From assembly GCA_964291655.2 (NCBI GenBank), contig OZ219802.1, forward strand, positions 1,184,001 through 1,248,000: DNA of 64,000 nt, read 5' to 3'. The stretch comes from Chloroflexota bacterium. GTDB lineage: Bacteria; Chloroflexota; UBA11872; VXOZ01. Shown here one piece after another: positions 37,422 through 47,804 of the stretch (its first letter is position 1; each line of letters begins with the position of its first letter). Below the pieces are notes generated by a model. That model did not search any database and was not told where the DNA came from. It was given only the letters and a program-made list of their open reading frames with translations. The position numbers were made by a program, and so were the translations under genes.

Positions 37422-40400
37422 GTAGCCCTGCCACATCCGAAACTGCATCCAGGAGCCAGCGCCGCTCCGGCCGCGCCCTCGCCGGAGATGTGTTTGGCCT
37501 GGGAATTTACGGTATTTGGCGATTCGGACCGTGGCTGCTTCTCGCCACAGCGCTGTTGGTCGGCGCGTGGTTCCGGTTCACCGGCCTGGACTGGGATGCC
37601 AGCACGCATCTCCATCCGGATGAACGTCATATCACCATTACGACGGCGCAGGTGCAGTGGCCGGAATCTCCCTTGCAGTACTTCGATTCGGAGACCTCGC
37701 CCCTCAATCCATACAATCAAGGCGTAGGCTCCTTCGTCTACGGCACGCTGCCCATGTTCGTCACCAAGGCCGCGGCCGGCATTGTGGACAAAGATGCCTA
37801 CGACGGCATTCACCTCGTCGGTCGTTTCCTCACGGCCACATTGGATGTCCTCATTATTCTGCTTGTCTTCCTCATTGCTCGCCGTCTGAGCGGCCGCTGG
37901 GGAGGAGCATTGGCCGCCGCTCTCTACGCGTGCGCGGTGCAGGCGATCCAGCAAGCTCACTTCTATACTGCCGACACGTGGGTAACATTCTTCGCTACAT
38001 TTGCGCTCTGGTGGGCGCTCCGCTGGCAAGAAGATGGCCGGTGGTACAACCTGGTCGGTGTCAGCGTCATTGCCGGCATGGCCCTGGCAAGCAAACTTGG
38101 CGTCGCCACGCTTGCCGTTCCGATCGGCGTTGCATTCATGTTGCGTGCCTGGCGGGAAACGCAACCGCCGGCCTTGGCCCTGACCGGACGTCTGCTGGCG
38201 CGTCTCGGCGGCCATCTGCTGTTGGGCGGTGTGCTGGTGTATGCTACGCTTCGCCTCTTCTTGCCGTATGTGTTTGCATCTGCTTCCCCATGGGTCCCAC
38301 GGCTCAATCCGCGTTATACCCAGGACATCGAGACTTTGCGCTATTTGGCGGGGGGAGAGGCAGACTTTCCGCCGTCGTTTAGCTGGGCTACGGCCAACTA
38401 CCCATTGTTTCCTCTCGAACAAATGTTTCGCTGGGAAATGGGGTGGGCGCTCGCGGCAGTTGCGTGGCTGGGGTTACTCTGGGGCATCTGGCGCATACTA
38501 CGGCACAAAAACCTAGTTTTCGCGCCTGTTGTCGTGTGGGTGATTGTGCACTACGGCTACCAGGCCGCTCAATTCGCCAAACCGGGTCGCTACTTTTTGC
38601 CGGTCTATCCGGCACTTGCTGTACTTGGCGGCGTATTCCTCTGCTGGTTCGCCTACAATCTCTCGCAGGGCAATGTACACGCCTGGCTGCAACGCATCGG
38701 CCCGCTGGCAAGGTTTGCCCGTAGAGAAAGAGCCGCACGGCGCAGCCGATGGCTGCCTTACGCCGGCCTGGGACTTACAGTCGTCGTGCTGATGGGTGCA
38801 TTTGCCTGGGCATTTGCCTACACACGAATCTACACCGAGCCGGTGGCCCGCGTACGCGCTAGCGAATGGATCTATCGGAACGTCCCAGCCGGCGCAGTGC
38901 TCGCAGCAGAACACTGGGATGACGCGCTCCCGCTGCGGCTCTCCGAGCAGGTGGGCACACCCGGCCAATTTCAATATGTCCAGCTTCCCGTCTTCGCCCC
39001 GGACACGAGCGAAAAACTGGAGGAGATGGTCCACGCCTTGACTCAAGCGGACTACGTTGTCATCAGCAGCAACCGCACCCACGGCGTCATCCGGCAGCTG
39101 CCGGCGCGCTATCCCATGACGGCGCAGTACTATCGTCAGATCTTCGCGGGTACGCTTGGCTTTGCACCCCTGCGGACCTTCACGCATTTTCCCAGTCTCT
39201 TCGGCTGGGAAATCGACGATAGTCAAGCGGAAGAGCAGTTCATTGTTTTCGACCATCCGACGGTCCATGTCTTCGTGAAGACCGCCGACTTCGATCCGGA
39301 ACGGGTGAGAGCAGTGTTCTCACCGCACCTTTCGACCTTCCCTCAAGCCCTCACACCGGGTCAACTTGCGTATAACGGCCTCTTACTTACTGCGGCGCAG
39401 CAGGAGGGCCTCAAAGAGCGCGGCACGTGGTCGGCGTACTTCGACCGCAACAGCATCGTCAACGCTGTGCCGTGGCTGGTGTGGTGGCTGGCGATTCTGC
39501 TCCTGGGTTGGATAACCTGGCCCTTGCTGTGGCGCATCTTTCCCGTGGTGCCCGATCACGGCTATCTGCTGGCGAAGAGCATCGGTCTTCTCTTCAGCGC
39601 GTACATCCCCTGGTTGCTGGCAAGTTACGGCATGCCCGTAACCGGACGCGCCGGCACACTGCTTGCCATCGCAGTGATTGGACTGGCCAGCACCTGGGTG
39701 CTTAGCCGCACCTGGCAGCGATTCATTCACTTCTTGAAAAAACAACGCGCGGAAATCTTGATTGGCGAAGCAGTCTTTACCGGCGTCTTTGTGTTCTTCC
39801 TTTGGGTGCGCCTGACGAATCCCGATCTCTGGCATCAGCACTACGGCGGCGAGAAACCGATGGACTTTGCCCACGTGAATGCCCTCATCAAAGCCGGAGC
39901 GTATCCGCCGTACGATCCGTGGTTCGCGGGCGGTTATGTCAACTATTACTACATGGGGCACCAGGTTTTCAGCTCCTTGATTCGCTTGCTCGGAATCGTA
40001 CCGTCGGTGGCGTACAACCTGGTCGTGCCGCTGATTGCCGCCCTTCTGGCGGCAAACGTCTACACGTTTGGGACTACGGTATGGCGTCACGCCACGCGCG
40101 GCATGCGGCTGCTCGCGGGAGTTGGCGGAATCGTCTTCGTAACGTTGCTAGGCAACTTGGAAGCCGCCATGCAGTGGTTTCGGAAACTAGCGGCGATTGA
40201 TACTCCCGACCACTTACCCACAGGCGGCGCATGGCTGGGACAAACCCTGGGCAACCTACTACGGGGCGAGCCGCCACCCGGCTTTGACTACTGGCTCAGC
40301 ACGCGGCTGATCGAAGGCGCCATTCACGAATTTCCCTTCTTCAGCTTCCTCTACGGCGACCTGCATCCCCATGTGCTGGCGCTTCCGTTCACAATGGTGG

Positions 40401-41779
40401 TGCCGGTGGTCGCTTTGGCCTTTGTCTTGAGCTACCGGAATAGACCTGCGTACGAAGCGCAGATCACCGGCCCGGCTCCGGTCAATTGGCTGCGTCCGCT
40501 GCTGCGCTTTCCCACGTTACCGCTGTTGCTTCTCGGTGGGTTTGTGCTGGGCTTTCTCCGTACCGCGAATACGTGGGACTATCCTACCTACGCTTTGCTC
40601 CTCGGCGGCGCGGTGGTGCTGGTCGAACGCCGCGCTCTGATTCGCCTGGAGATTCCGGCATGGGCACGCCTCGGCGCAGCAGGTATCGGACTGTATCTCG
40701 TCGGTCGCATCGCCTTTGCCCCGTATCTCGACCACTACCAGTCGTTTTTCCTCGGCGTAAACGGCACTGAATTCCAGACCCCGCTATGGCAGTATCTCGT
40801 GATTCACGGCGTGCCGCTTCTCTTCGTCGCCGCTTTCTTGGTGCGGGAGTTGCTCCAATTGCGTAGGGGGTACGACATCCGCGTCTTGGGCACATTGCTC
40901 GTACTTCAGATTGCGCTCGCCAGCGTGCTCTGGCAGCGGCCGATCGTCCTCTTGCTTCAGATTGCCCTTGTGTTGGCGCTCCTCGTGGCATTGCGCCCCC
41001 AAGCGGCGCGACCCACTCGACTGCTGGCCGGCATGGTAGCGCTGGCGGCGCTGCTGGGAATCTTCCCTGAATTCCTCGCCATAGACGGCGACGTGGGGCG
41101 CATGAACACCGTCTTCAAATTCTATCTCCAAGCCTGGACTCTGCTGGCACTCGTAGCGGCTGCCATGCTGCCGTACCTCTGGCAGCAGATCCACTTGCGG
41201 CGCATTCTCCTGCCGGTGGGCGCACTGCTCGTCTTGCTGGCCCTGCTTTACCCGCTCTCGGCGATTCCGAGCCGCGGCCAGCACCGCCTGGTGCCGGACC
41301 TCGTCACTCTGGACGGCGCGGCGTTCATGGAGCAGGCGGTAATCCACGATCAGGACCGCGAAATACCGCTCAAGTGGGATGCGGAAGCAATCCGCTGGCT
41401 GCAAGACAATATAGAAGGTACACCCACGATGTTGGAAGCGACCATCCCGTATTTCCGCTGGGGCGCGCGCGTCGCCATTCACACCGGCCTGCCCACGGTG
41501 CTGGGCTGGGACTCGCATGAATGGCTCCAGCGCTGGGAATACCGTCCCATGATCGAGCAACGCAGGGTGGACGTTCAGACGATCTACGAGACCGCCGACT
41601 ACGGCCTGGCTTTGCGGCTGCTGCGGCAATACAACGTGGACTACATCTACCTGGGAGACCTGGAACGCGCCTACTACACGGGCCCGGGCCTGGGGAAATT
41701 CGACCTGATGGGCGATCTGGGAATTAAGCCAGTCTACGCCAACGAACGGGTGACGATCTACCGCGTGGAGCGGGGTTAG
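37418..41779 (+). CDS. Large membrane protein: GT-C/PMT-like N-terminal domain fused to a DUF2298 (YYY) domain
   Basis: HLHPDER, GGEKPMDFA, DPWFAGGYVNYYYMG, EFPFFSFLYGDLHPH, RMNTVFKFY and TGLPTVLGW motifs; many TM segments. Confidence 0.85.
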   Translation: MSSPATSETASRSQRRSGRALAGDVFGLGIYGIWRFGPWLLLATALLVGAWFRFTGLDWDASTHLHPDERHITITTAQVQWPESPLQYFDSETSPLNPYNQGVGSFVYGTLPMFVTKAAAGIVDKDAYDGIHLVGRFLTATLDVLIILLVFLIARRLSGRWGGALAAALYACAVQAIQQAHFYTADTWVTFFATFALWWALRWQEDGRWYNLVGVSVIAGMALASKLGVATLAVPIGVAFMLRAWRETQPPALALTGRLLARLGGHLLLGGVLVYATLRLFLPYVFASASPWVPRLNPRYTQDIETLRYLAGGEADFPPSFSWATANYPLFPLEQMFRWEMGWALAAVAWLGLLWGIWRILRHKNLVFAPVVVWVIVHYGYQAAQFAKPGRYFLPVYPALAVLGGVFLCWFAYNLSQGNVHAWLQRIGPLARFARRERAARRSRWLPYAGLGLTVVVLMGAFAWAFAYTRIYTEPVARVRASEWIYRNVPAGAVLAAEHWDDALPLRLSEQVGTPGQFQYVQLPVFAPDTSEKLEEMVHALTQADYVVISSNRTHGVIRQLPARYPMTAQYYRQIFAGTLGFAPLRTFTHFPSLFGWEIDDSQAEEQFIVFDHPTVHVFVKTADFDPERVRAVFSPHLSTFPQALTPGQLAYNGLLLTAAQQEGLKERGTWSAYFDRNSIVNAVPWLVWWLAILLLGWITWPLLWRIFPVVPDHGYLLAKSIGLLFSAYIPWLLASYGMPVTGRAGTLLAIAVIGLASTWVLSRTWQRFIHFLKKQRAEILIGEAVFTGVFVFFLWVRLTNPDLWHQHYGGEKPMDFAHVNALIKAGAYPPYDPWFAGGYVNYYYMGHQVFSSLIRLLGIVPSVAYNLVVPLIAALLAANVYTFGTTVWRHATRGMRLLAGVGGIVFVTLLGNLEAAMQWFRKLAAIDTPDHLPTGGAWLGQTLGNLLRGEPPPGFDYWLSTRLIEGAIHEFPFFSFLYGDLHPHVLALPFTMVVPVVALAFVLSYRNRPAYEAQITGPAPVNWLRPLLRFPTLPLLLLGGFVLGFLRTANTWDYPTYALLLGGAVVLVERRALIRLEIPAWARLGAAGIGLYLVGRIAFAPYLDHYQSFFLGVNGTEFQTPLWQYLVIHGVPLLFVAAFLVRELLQLRRGYDIRVLGTLLVLQIALASVLWQRPIVLLLQIALVLALLVALRPQAARPTRLLAGMVALAALLGIFPEFLAIDGDVGRMNTVFKFYLQAWTLLALVAAAMLPYLWQQIHLRRILLPVGALLVLLALLYPLSAIPSRGQHRLVPDLVTLDGAAFMEQAVIHDQDREIPLKWDAEAIRWLQDNIEGTPTMLEATIPYFRWGARVAIHTGLPTVLGWDSHEWLQRWEYRPMIEQRRVDVQTIYETADYGLALRLLRQYNVDYIYLGDLERAYYTGPGLGKFDLMGDLGIKPVYANERVTIYRVERG

Positions 41780-41967
41780 GCGAGGACCGGCCTACTCAAA
41801 GGGACTCTCACAGGTTATTGCGCCTTGAACTTGGAATAGAATCGCGCCGCAATTGCCGTCATTTGTATGTTGATGAAGGCGTACAAATGCGCGACTGTCT
41901 GCGGGTAACGCGAGAGGCGCGTCGTCCGTCATTGCCATGAAAATAGCACGGCAGACTCCGTCATTCC

Positions 41968-42221
41968 TGTAAGTGTTGAGTAATTCGTTGACAGAATTCT
42001 CTCCCAAATTGGCAGTGTTGACAGATCATGTCATTCCGAGCGGAGCGAGGAATCTAGGGCCCATGCAACGTGTCGCCCAATAGGCTCAACATCTTAGATT
42101 CCGCGCTCCGAGCGACTCTTCGCTGCGCTCCGTTCGGAATGACATGTGTACTGTTCATGTACAGTACTGCGTTCACCTGCTTTTGTTCTCAAATCTGTCA
42201 ACGAATTACCTGACATTTACA
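41968..42221. mobile_element. MITE-like non-autonomous element, copy 2, inserted in a REP palindrome
   Basis: TGTAAG..TTTACA ends with imperfect ~31-bp TIRs; exact ATTCC duplication (41963-41967 and 42222-42226); removal restores ccgtcattcccgcttgcgcgggaatcc. Confidence 0.85.
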
Positions 42222-42281
42222 ATTCCCGCTTGCGCGGGAATCCATCTTCTCTTAACGTTCGAGTGCGGAAGGTCCCAAGAG

Positions 42282-42530
42282 GCGGGGGACAAGCCCTCGC
42301 GCTACGCTTAGACTTCCGCTCTAGTGGGCGAGGGGCAGGAGAAACTGGGTGGCCATAGTGGTGCTTTGGCATGTTCTAGATTTCTCGCTACGCTCGAAAT
42401 GACAGGAACGGGCAGTAATGCTTCGAGTCGTGCGCCTCAAGCGCCTACCGGGGCAATTGGTGCTGCGGCTGAACCTGCAATTCTAAGCCTCAATTGCAAA
42501 AACGTAGGGGCACGACATGTCGTGCCCCTA
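42282..42530. repeat. Dispersed REP palindromes of three families
   Basis: gcgggggacaagccctcgcgctac; agatttctcgctacgctcgaaatgaca; gtaggggcacgacatgtcgtgccccta. Confidence 0.75.
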
Positions 42531-42626
42531 TGTACGTTTCATGCGAGGTGTGCTATCCAACCGCCATGCTTAACCGGCGGGATTAGCGTGCAACTCTTGC
42601 GCCCATCGCCTGCAGCGCTTACTGCC

Positions 42627-43550
42627 TCACACGTGGGCGGCGACCGTCTCCCGCAGGCCGATCTTGGCAACCGCCGCGTGTACGGCGGCTTTGTCGTCCG
42701 GTGAGAGTTCGGCCAGGGGCGGGCGGACGGGGCCGCCGGCCAGGCCGATGGCCATCATCACCTCTTTCATCACCGTGACCTCGTAGCCGCGCACCTTGTA
42801 GCGGATGTCGTAGATTGGCAGGGTCTCGCGTTCGATCTTTGCCTGCAGTTCGCTGAATCGGCCTTCCCGCGCGAGTTCCAGCGCCTCGATCGATGACTTG
42901 GGATTGTAGTTGGCGTTGCTGGAGGTGTAGCCCTCGGCGCCGGCCGCAAAGTACGCGTGCACCATGTCGTCACCCACGCCCGCCAGCCAGAGCAGCTTAT
43001 CGCCCACGTAGGAGCGGACGCGCTGGAACATGCGCACGTCGCCCTGGCCGTCCTTGAAGGCCACGATGTTGGGCACGTCCGCCAGGCGGTCGACCAATTC
43101 CGGGCCGAGCTTCGCGTGATCGCGCGCGTAGGGGAAAACACCCAAGCTAGTAGAGTCCGCGATGGCCTTGTAGTACTGGTAGAAGCCTTCATCGCTGGCC
43201 TGGCCGTAGTGGGGCGGCATCATAAGCAATCCGTCCACGCCGACACTCTCGGCAAACTGCGCCATTTCGGCGCTGACTGCCGGATTCACCCCAACGCCTG
43301 CCAGCATGAGGCAGCGGCCGTCGGCTGCTTCAACGGTGGCGGCAACCACAGCCTTCCACTCAGTAAACGTCAGCGAGAAGAACTCGCCGGTGCCGCCTGC
43401 CGCCAGGACGGCGGGAGAGCCTTCGCGGGCCAGAAAGTCAACGTTGCGGCGCAGGCCGTCGTGGTCGAGGGAATAATCATCATTAAATGGGGTTACGGGA
43501 AACGGGATCACGGTGCGCAAGCGTTCGCGCAACTCCGCTGGACTCATCAC
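42627..43550 (-). CDS. Dihydrodipicolinate synthase-family lyase, 5-dehydro-4-deoxyglucarate dehydratase-like
   Basis: FPVTPF, GGTGEFFSL, Schiff-base lysine in FKDG and GPVRPPL motifs. Confidence 0.8.
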   Translation of the reverse strand: MMSPAELRERLRTVIPFPVTPFNDDYSLDHDGLRRNVDFLAREGSPAVLAAGGTGEFFSLTFTEWKAVVAATVEAADGRCLMLAGVGVNPAVSAEMAQFAESVGVDGLLMMPPHYGQASDEGFYQYYKAIADSTSLGVFPYARDHAKLGPELVDRLADVPNIVAFKDGQGDVRMFQRVRSYVGDKLLWLAGVGDDMVHAYFAAGAEGYTSSNANYNPKSSIEALELAREGRFSELQAKIERETLPIYDIRYKVRGYEVTVMKEVMMAIGLAGGPVRPPLAELSPDDKAAVHAAVAKIGLRETVAAHV

Positions 43551-43792
43551 TGGTCAAAGCTCCTTCATTCTGTGGACGGTTTCAAGCTATTTTCTACACG
43601 GGGATGCTACGACCTATCGTACCAATGCACACTTGCAATTTCCACTTGCGCCGGGCGCTCCACGGCACAAGCTTAGGGGATGAATCCGACCTAGGAATTG
43701 GCCTGTTTCTCAGGTAGCCCTAAGTCTCACCCCATATAATGAAGGGGGATAATGTAGTCAGGAATACGAAAGAGCAGAAGGAGCCAAGCAGC

Positions 43793-44512
43793 ATGCGGAG
43801 ATTCATTGCACTCATATTCATTGTCGCTCTAATACTCGGGCTGGCGGCATGCGGCGGTGACGATCCGGCAGAACCGGAACCTACAGCAACGCCTGCGGCT
43901 GAAGCTCCCGCTGCGACGGCGGAGCCGGCGGCAACCTCGGCGCCGGAGCAGAAGGATAGTAGTGCCGCTGCCAATGTTGTCTTTACCATCGATCCGGCGC
44001 GCTCCTCCGTCCGCTACCTCATTAGGGAACAACTCGCCAACTTGACCTCACCCAATGACGCCATCGGCGAGACCATGGACGTCACCGGCACCATCGTGCT
44101 GGATGCGGAAGGCAACGTGGTGAGTGAAGAATCGCAGATCGTCGTCGGTCTGGCCGGTCTCACCAGCGACTCCTCCCGGCGCGACAGCTACGTCAAGCGC
44201 AACACCCTGCAGACGGACCAGTATCCCAATGCTACGTTCGTCATTAAGGAGATTCAGGGACTGCCGTGGCCGCTGCCCACCTCCGGCGAGGTAACGGTGC
44301 AGATGGTCGGTGACTTCACGATCCGGGAACAGACCAGCGAGGTGACCTGGGAGACGGTCATCCAGGCCGGCGCTCCCGAGTCGACAAGCACCGCCAAGAC
44401 GACCATCACCTTTGAGCAATTCGGCTTGACCAAGCCGCGCGTGGCCGTGGTTGTCAGTGTGGTGGACGAGATTCGGCTGGAGATTGACTTCACCGTCGTG
44501 CGCGAGAAATAG
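43793..44512 (+). CDS. YceI-family lipoprotein
   Basis: LAAC lipobox; IDP..S.V, L.SD..RRD..L.TDQYP.ATF and GDFTIR motifs. Confidence 0.85.
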   Translation: MRRFIALIFIVALILGLAACGGDDPAEPEPTATPAAEAPAATAEPAATSAPEQKDSSAAANVVFTIDPARSSVRYLIREQLANLTSPNDAIGETMDVTGTIVLDAEGNVVSEESQIVVGLAGLTSDSSRRDSYVKRNTLQTDQYPNATFVIKEIQGLPWPLPTSGEVTVQMVGDFTIREQTSEVTWETVIQAGAPESTSTAKTTITFEQFGLTKPRVAVVVSVVDEIRLEIDFTVVREK

Positions 44513-44756
44513 ACTTTCGTCTCCTGGGATCTCACTCCTCAATGAAGCCGGCCGGGACACGTGACATTCAGACGCAAAGGGTACGGTACGCCGTGCCCTT
44601 TGCGTGTTGAGGGTAATTGTTGCAGACAGGCGGCCACACCCTGGGCACAATCCCCTTTAAGAACTATGCTCCTGCTTGAAACCAGTTGCAGTACAGTTTT
44701 GTGGGAAGACACACTGACCCTTCAATAGCAGGTTTGTCTATACTATAATTGTGAAA

Positions 44757-44972
44757 ATGACTGGCAGAGCATTCGTCAAGAAGGTGTCAGAGATTGGACG
44801 TCAGCGTGGTATTCCAGTACGCGTGGACTCCAAGCGAGGCAAAGGCAGCCACGTCACCCTCTACTACGGGAACCGGAAAACTGTCATGAAAGATCGCCGC
44901 AAAGAAATCGGCGCCGGTTTGCTAACCAGTATGATCCGCCAGCTGGGTCTTGATCGGGAAGACTTCCTTTAG
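44757..44972 (+). CDS. hicA: HicA-family toxin
   Basis: GKGSH motif, EIGAGLLTSMIRQLGL tail, precedes a hicB-like gene. Confidence 0.85.
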   Translation: MTGRAFVKKVSEIGRQRGIPVRVDSKRGKGSHVTLYYGNRKTVMKDRRKEIGAGLLTSMIRQLGLDREDFL

Positions 44973-44984
44973 GAATAAAGCACA

Positions 44985-45431
44985 ATGAGATTTACTTACC
45001 CTGCTCTTGTGGAACGTATCAGCGAGGACGAAGTAGTCGTCTCATTTCGCGACTTGCCGGAGTGTAGGACTGCTGGCATTGATGAAGCCGAAGCCCTCGC
45101 TGAAGCCCAAGATGCACTTTCTGAAGCAATTGCGGGGCGGATGGATGATGATGAATACATCCCAGAACCGAGCACGCTGCGCGGTGACGAATTCAATATC
45201 GCTGTGCCTACTGACATTGCGGCAAAAGCTGCGCTTGTTATCGCTTGCCGCCAGAGCAGGCTTTCACTTGAAGCCCTTGCGGGCATTTTGGAAATAGATA
45301 GACCAGCTATCTCCCAGATGCTCGATCCACGTCAAGTTTCACACACAGACGACATTACCCGAGCGCTGCGCATCCTTGGCAGCGAGCTGGTACTCGAAGT
45401 GCGTGCACTCGACCCAGTCTCCAGCGAGTAG
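44985..45431 (+). CDS. hicB: HicB-family antitoxin with C-terminal HTH
   Basis: YPA..VVSFRDLPEC.T.G..EAL..A.DAL..IPEPS pattern; MLDP..AL..LG tail. Confidence 0.88.
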   Translation: MRFTYPALVERISEDEVVVSFRDLPECRTAGIDEAEALAEAQDALSEAIAGRMDDDEYIPEPSTLRGDEFNIAVPTDIAAKAALVIACRQSRLSLEALAGILEIDRPAISQMLDPRQVSHTDDITRALRILGSELVLEVRALDPVSSE

Positions 45432-45482
45432 CCCCCGCAGCTCTCGTTGCAACGAGCAGCCTCTACTGTTGGTCTAGTCTGC

Positions 45483-46379
45483 CTAGAGTCCCAGCACGCG
45501 CTCGGCGTTGCCTTGCGTGATCGCGTGGTACTTTTCATCCGAGTCGCAATACTCTTTCAGCAGCGGCAGCGTCTGCGAGGCGAAGCAAGGTCGGGACCCC
45601 ATTCCTTCCCAATTGCCCTTGCCGTCCAGGCAGTGGCAGTCGGTGGCCCAGAGCAGTTGCTTCCAGTGGCGGTTCACAAATTCCGCGCCGAATTCAGGAT
45701 CGCGGCTGATGGCGTTCAGGCCCGAACCGGCTGACATGTCTCCATAGAGGTTTGGGTACTTGGACAGCCATTGGTCGCTCAGACCGCCGCGCACCACGGG
45801 ACCCGGCGGATAGCTGGTATAGCCCTCGGCGCGCCAGTCGCGGGGCACTTCGGCGCTCACGTTCGCCCACCACGCCTGGGCGTGGGCTACGAATACCGTA
45901 TCGGGAAACGACTCCAGCACCTGGTCGAAGACCTCGAAGTTATAGTTGTAGTTGCGGTACTCGAAGTGGAGGAGCACCACCCACCCCAGCTTGCCGCAAA
46001 GCTCGTAGATGTCCAGGCTGTCCGGGTGGTCTACCGGCAGCCGCACCTTGTGCTCGCCAAAGCCCATACAGCCCAGTTCATGGAACCGGCGGATTTCGTC
46101 CAAAGCGTCGGGCCGCAAGGGGTCTACGTGGCAGAATGGAATGATGGTATCGGGAAAACGGTCGTAGGCCTGCAGCGCGTAGTCGGTGCGCATAGCCGTC
46201 TGCTCCACGCCCCACTTCTCCTTGGCCATGGCCGTGCTGTTGCCCTTGGCGAGGGGCAGCACGACCGCCTTGCCGCCGCCGTGGGCCTCGATGTGCGCCA
46301 CAACGTGCTCGCCAATGCGCGGGTTGCCAGCGTCGTAGTCCGTCGGCACCATGATGTGTTGATGAAAATCAATCGGCAT
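45483..46379 (-). CDS. Amidohydrolase-family protein
   Basis: IDFHQH, GFGEHK, LLH, AHA and LLWATD metal-ligand motifs. Confidence 0.85.
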   Translation of the reverse strand: MPIDFHQHIMVPTDYDAGNPRIGEHVVAHIEAHGGGKAVVLPLAKGNSTAMAKEKWGVEQTAMRTDYALQAYDRFPDTIIPFCHVDPLRPDALDEIRRFHELGCMGFGEHKVRLPVDHPDSLDIYELCGKLGWVVLLHFEYRNYNYNFEVFDQVLESFPDTVFVAHAQAWWANVSAEVPRDWRAEGYTSYPPGPVVRGGLSDQWLSKYPNLYGDMSAGSGLNAISRDPEFGAEFVNRHWKQLLWATDCHCLDGKGNWEGMGSRPCFASQTLPLLKEYCDSDEKYHAITQGNAERVLGL

Positions 46380-46487
46380 GGACTTCTCACCTCTCTGCTT
46401 TATGGAGACATCTATCGCTGTGCACGTAACATGCTTGCCTCAGGCTACAGTCGTCGCAATCCACCGCCGGAGTTCCGGGCGCAGAGC

Positions 46488-47477
46488 TTACAGCGCAAGC
46501 GACTGCGGCTGCCCGGTCTCGATTGAACTAAAGAAGGCGTGCGCCAAGGCCGTGGCGCGTCTGCCGGCGTGGTGATCGGCGCCGATTTGCCAGGGCTCGC
46601 CGGTATTCAAGCCGTGGACGAATTCGGTAAGTTCTTGCTGCAGTCCCTCCGGGTCGGCATCCTCAGGGGCGTGGCGTTCGCCAGGGCTTGCCACGTTCCC
46701 GCCGGAGACCGTCGCGCGATGCAAGCGGTCGTAGAGTTGTACGCTCGTGCCGTTGTCAAAGACCTCGAAGAAGAACTTTGAGACCGCCGTGGAATCGGCC
46801 GCGTCGCCTTGGACGACACTCGCCGCCGCGCCACTCGCGAAACGAATGACGCCGGCCATGTTATCGGGGTAGGTCTTGTTCTCGTGGGTGTAGTTGCCGC
46901 CGACGGCGAAGACCTCCACCGGCTCAGAACCGGCCAGGTAGCAGACCAGGTCGAACGTATGGCAGCCCTGAGAAAGGATGTTGCCGCCGCCCTTGACCGG
47001 ATCGACCGCCCAGAGCGTGTCGGGCCAGCGGTTGCACATCATCTGTCCTACAAGCAGGAACGGTTCCGGCACCAGCCGTTTGGCCTCTTGAATAAGTGGG
47101 GCGAAGCGCAGCTTGAAGCCGGTCATCAGCCGAACACCGGCCTTTTCCACGGCCTCCACCACCGCGTCGCACTGCGGCACCGTCATGGACATGGGTTTTT
47201 CCATGAGGATGTGCTTGCCCGCTTGCGCCGCGGCCAAACCGAGGGTCACGTGGGTGTCGTGGTGCGTCGAAATGAGCACAGCGTCAATGGCGTCGTCGGC
47301 CAGCACCTCCTTTACGTCCGCCGTAGCGTAAGCGCCGCCAAACTCATTGAGAAACCCTTTGGCGGCATCCGGGAAGACATCGGCATATCCGTGCAGCCGG
47401 ACACCATCCATGACCACCGCATTTTGCATGTGGTTTCGCGCCATGTTGCCGCATCCAATCACACCCAGCGTAATCAT
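46488..47477 (-). CDS. Gfo/Idh/MocA-family oxidoreductase
   Basis: GVIGCG, GKHILMEKP and GGG....GCH motifs. Confidence 0.9.
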   Translation of the reverse strand: MITLGVIGCGNMARNHMQNAVVMDGVRLHGYADVFPDAAKGFLNEFGGAYATADVKEVLADDAIDAVLISTHHDTHVTLGLAAAQAGKHILMEKPMSMTVPQCDAVVEAVEKAGVRLMTGFKLRFAPLIQEAKRLVPEPFLLVGQMMCNRWPDTLWAVDPVKGGGNILSQGCHTFDLVCYLAGSEPVEVFAVGGNYTHENKTYPDNMAGVIRFASGAAASVVQGDAADSTAVSKFFFEVFDNGTSVQLYDRLHRATVSGGNVASPGERHAPEDADPEGLQQELTEFVHGLNTGEPWQIGADHHAGRRATALAHAFFSSIETGQPQSLAL

Positions 47478-47795
47478 TGTTCCGCTGCACTCCTGTAAGC
47501 ATGAGTCGCCCGTTGCAAACCAGCGCCACGCGCCTCGTGGCGGTACGATGTGGACTTGCGCTGTCGTTGCTCAGTGTGAGCATATCATAGCCGCGGTATA
47601 TTTAGATAAGCGAACGCCAACAGGAGAATCGGGTCTGAGCTGTGACTCTACGCGAGGCACCGGCCACCTGGGCGCCAGACTCTGCTCCAAGCGCCATGCA
47701 AAGTAACACATCGACGAGCCATGTTGCTTAATTCAGAAAGGGCCGCAAAAAGAGACAATATTAACCTCTTGACATTCCCAATTATCTACGATGTA

Positions 47796-47804
47796 TGGTA
47801 TACT
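47796..47804 (+). promoter_or_regulatory. Extended -10 promoter upstream of dnaG-rpoD
   Basis: TG-G-TATACT in an AT-rich patch. Confidence 0.45.
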
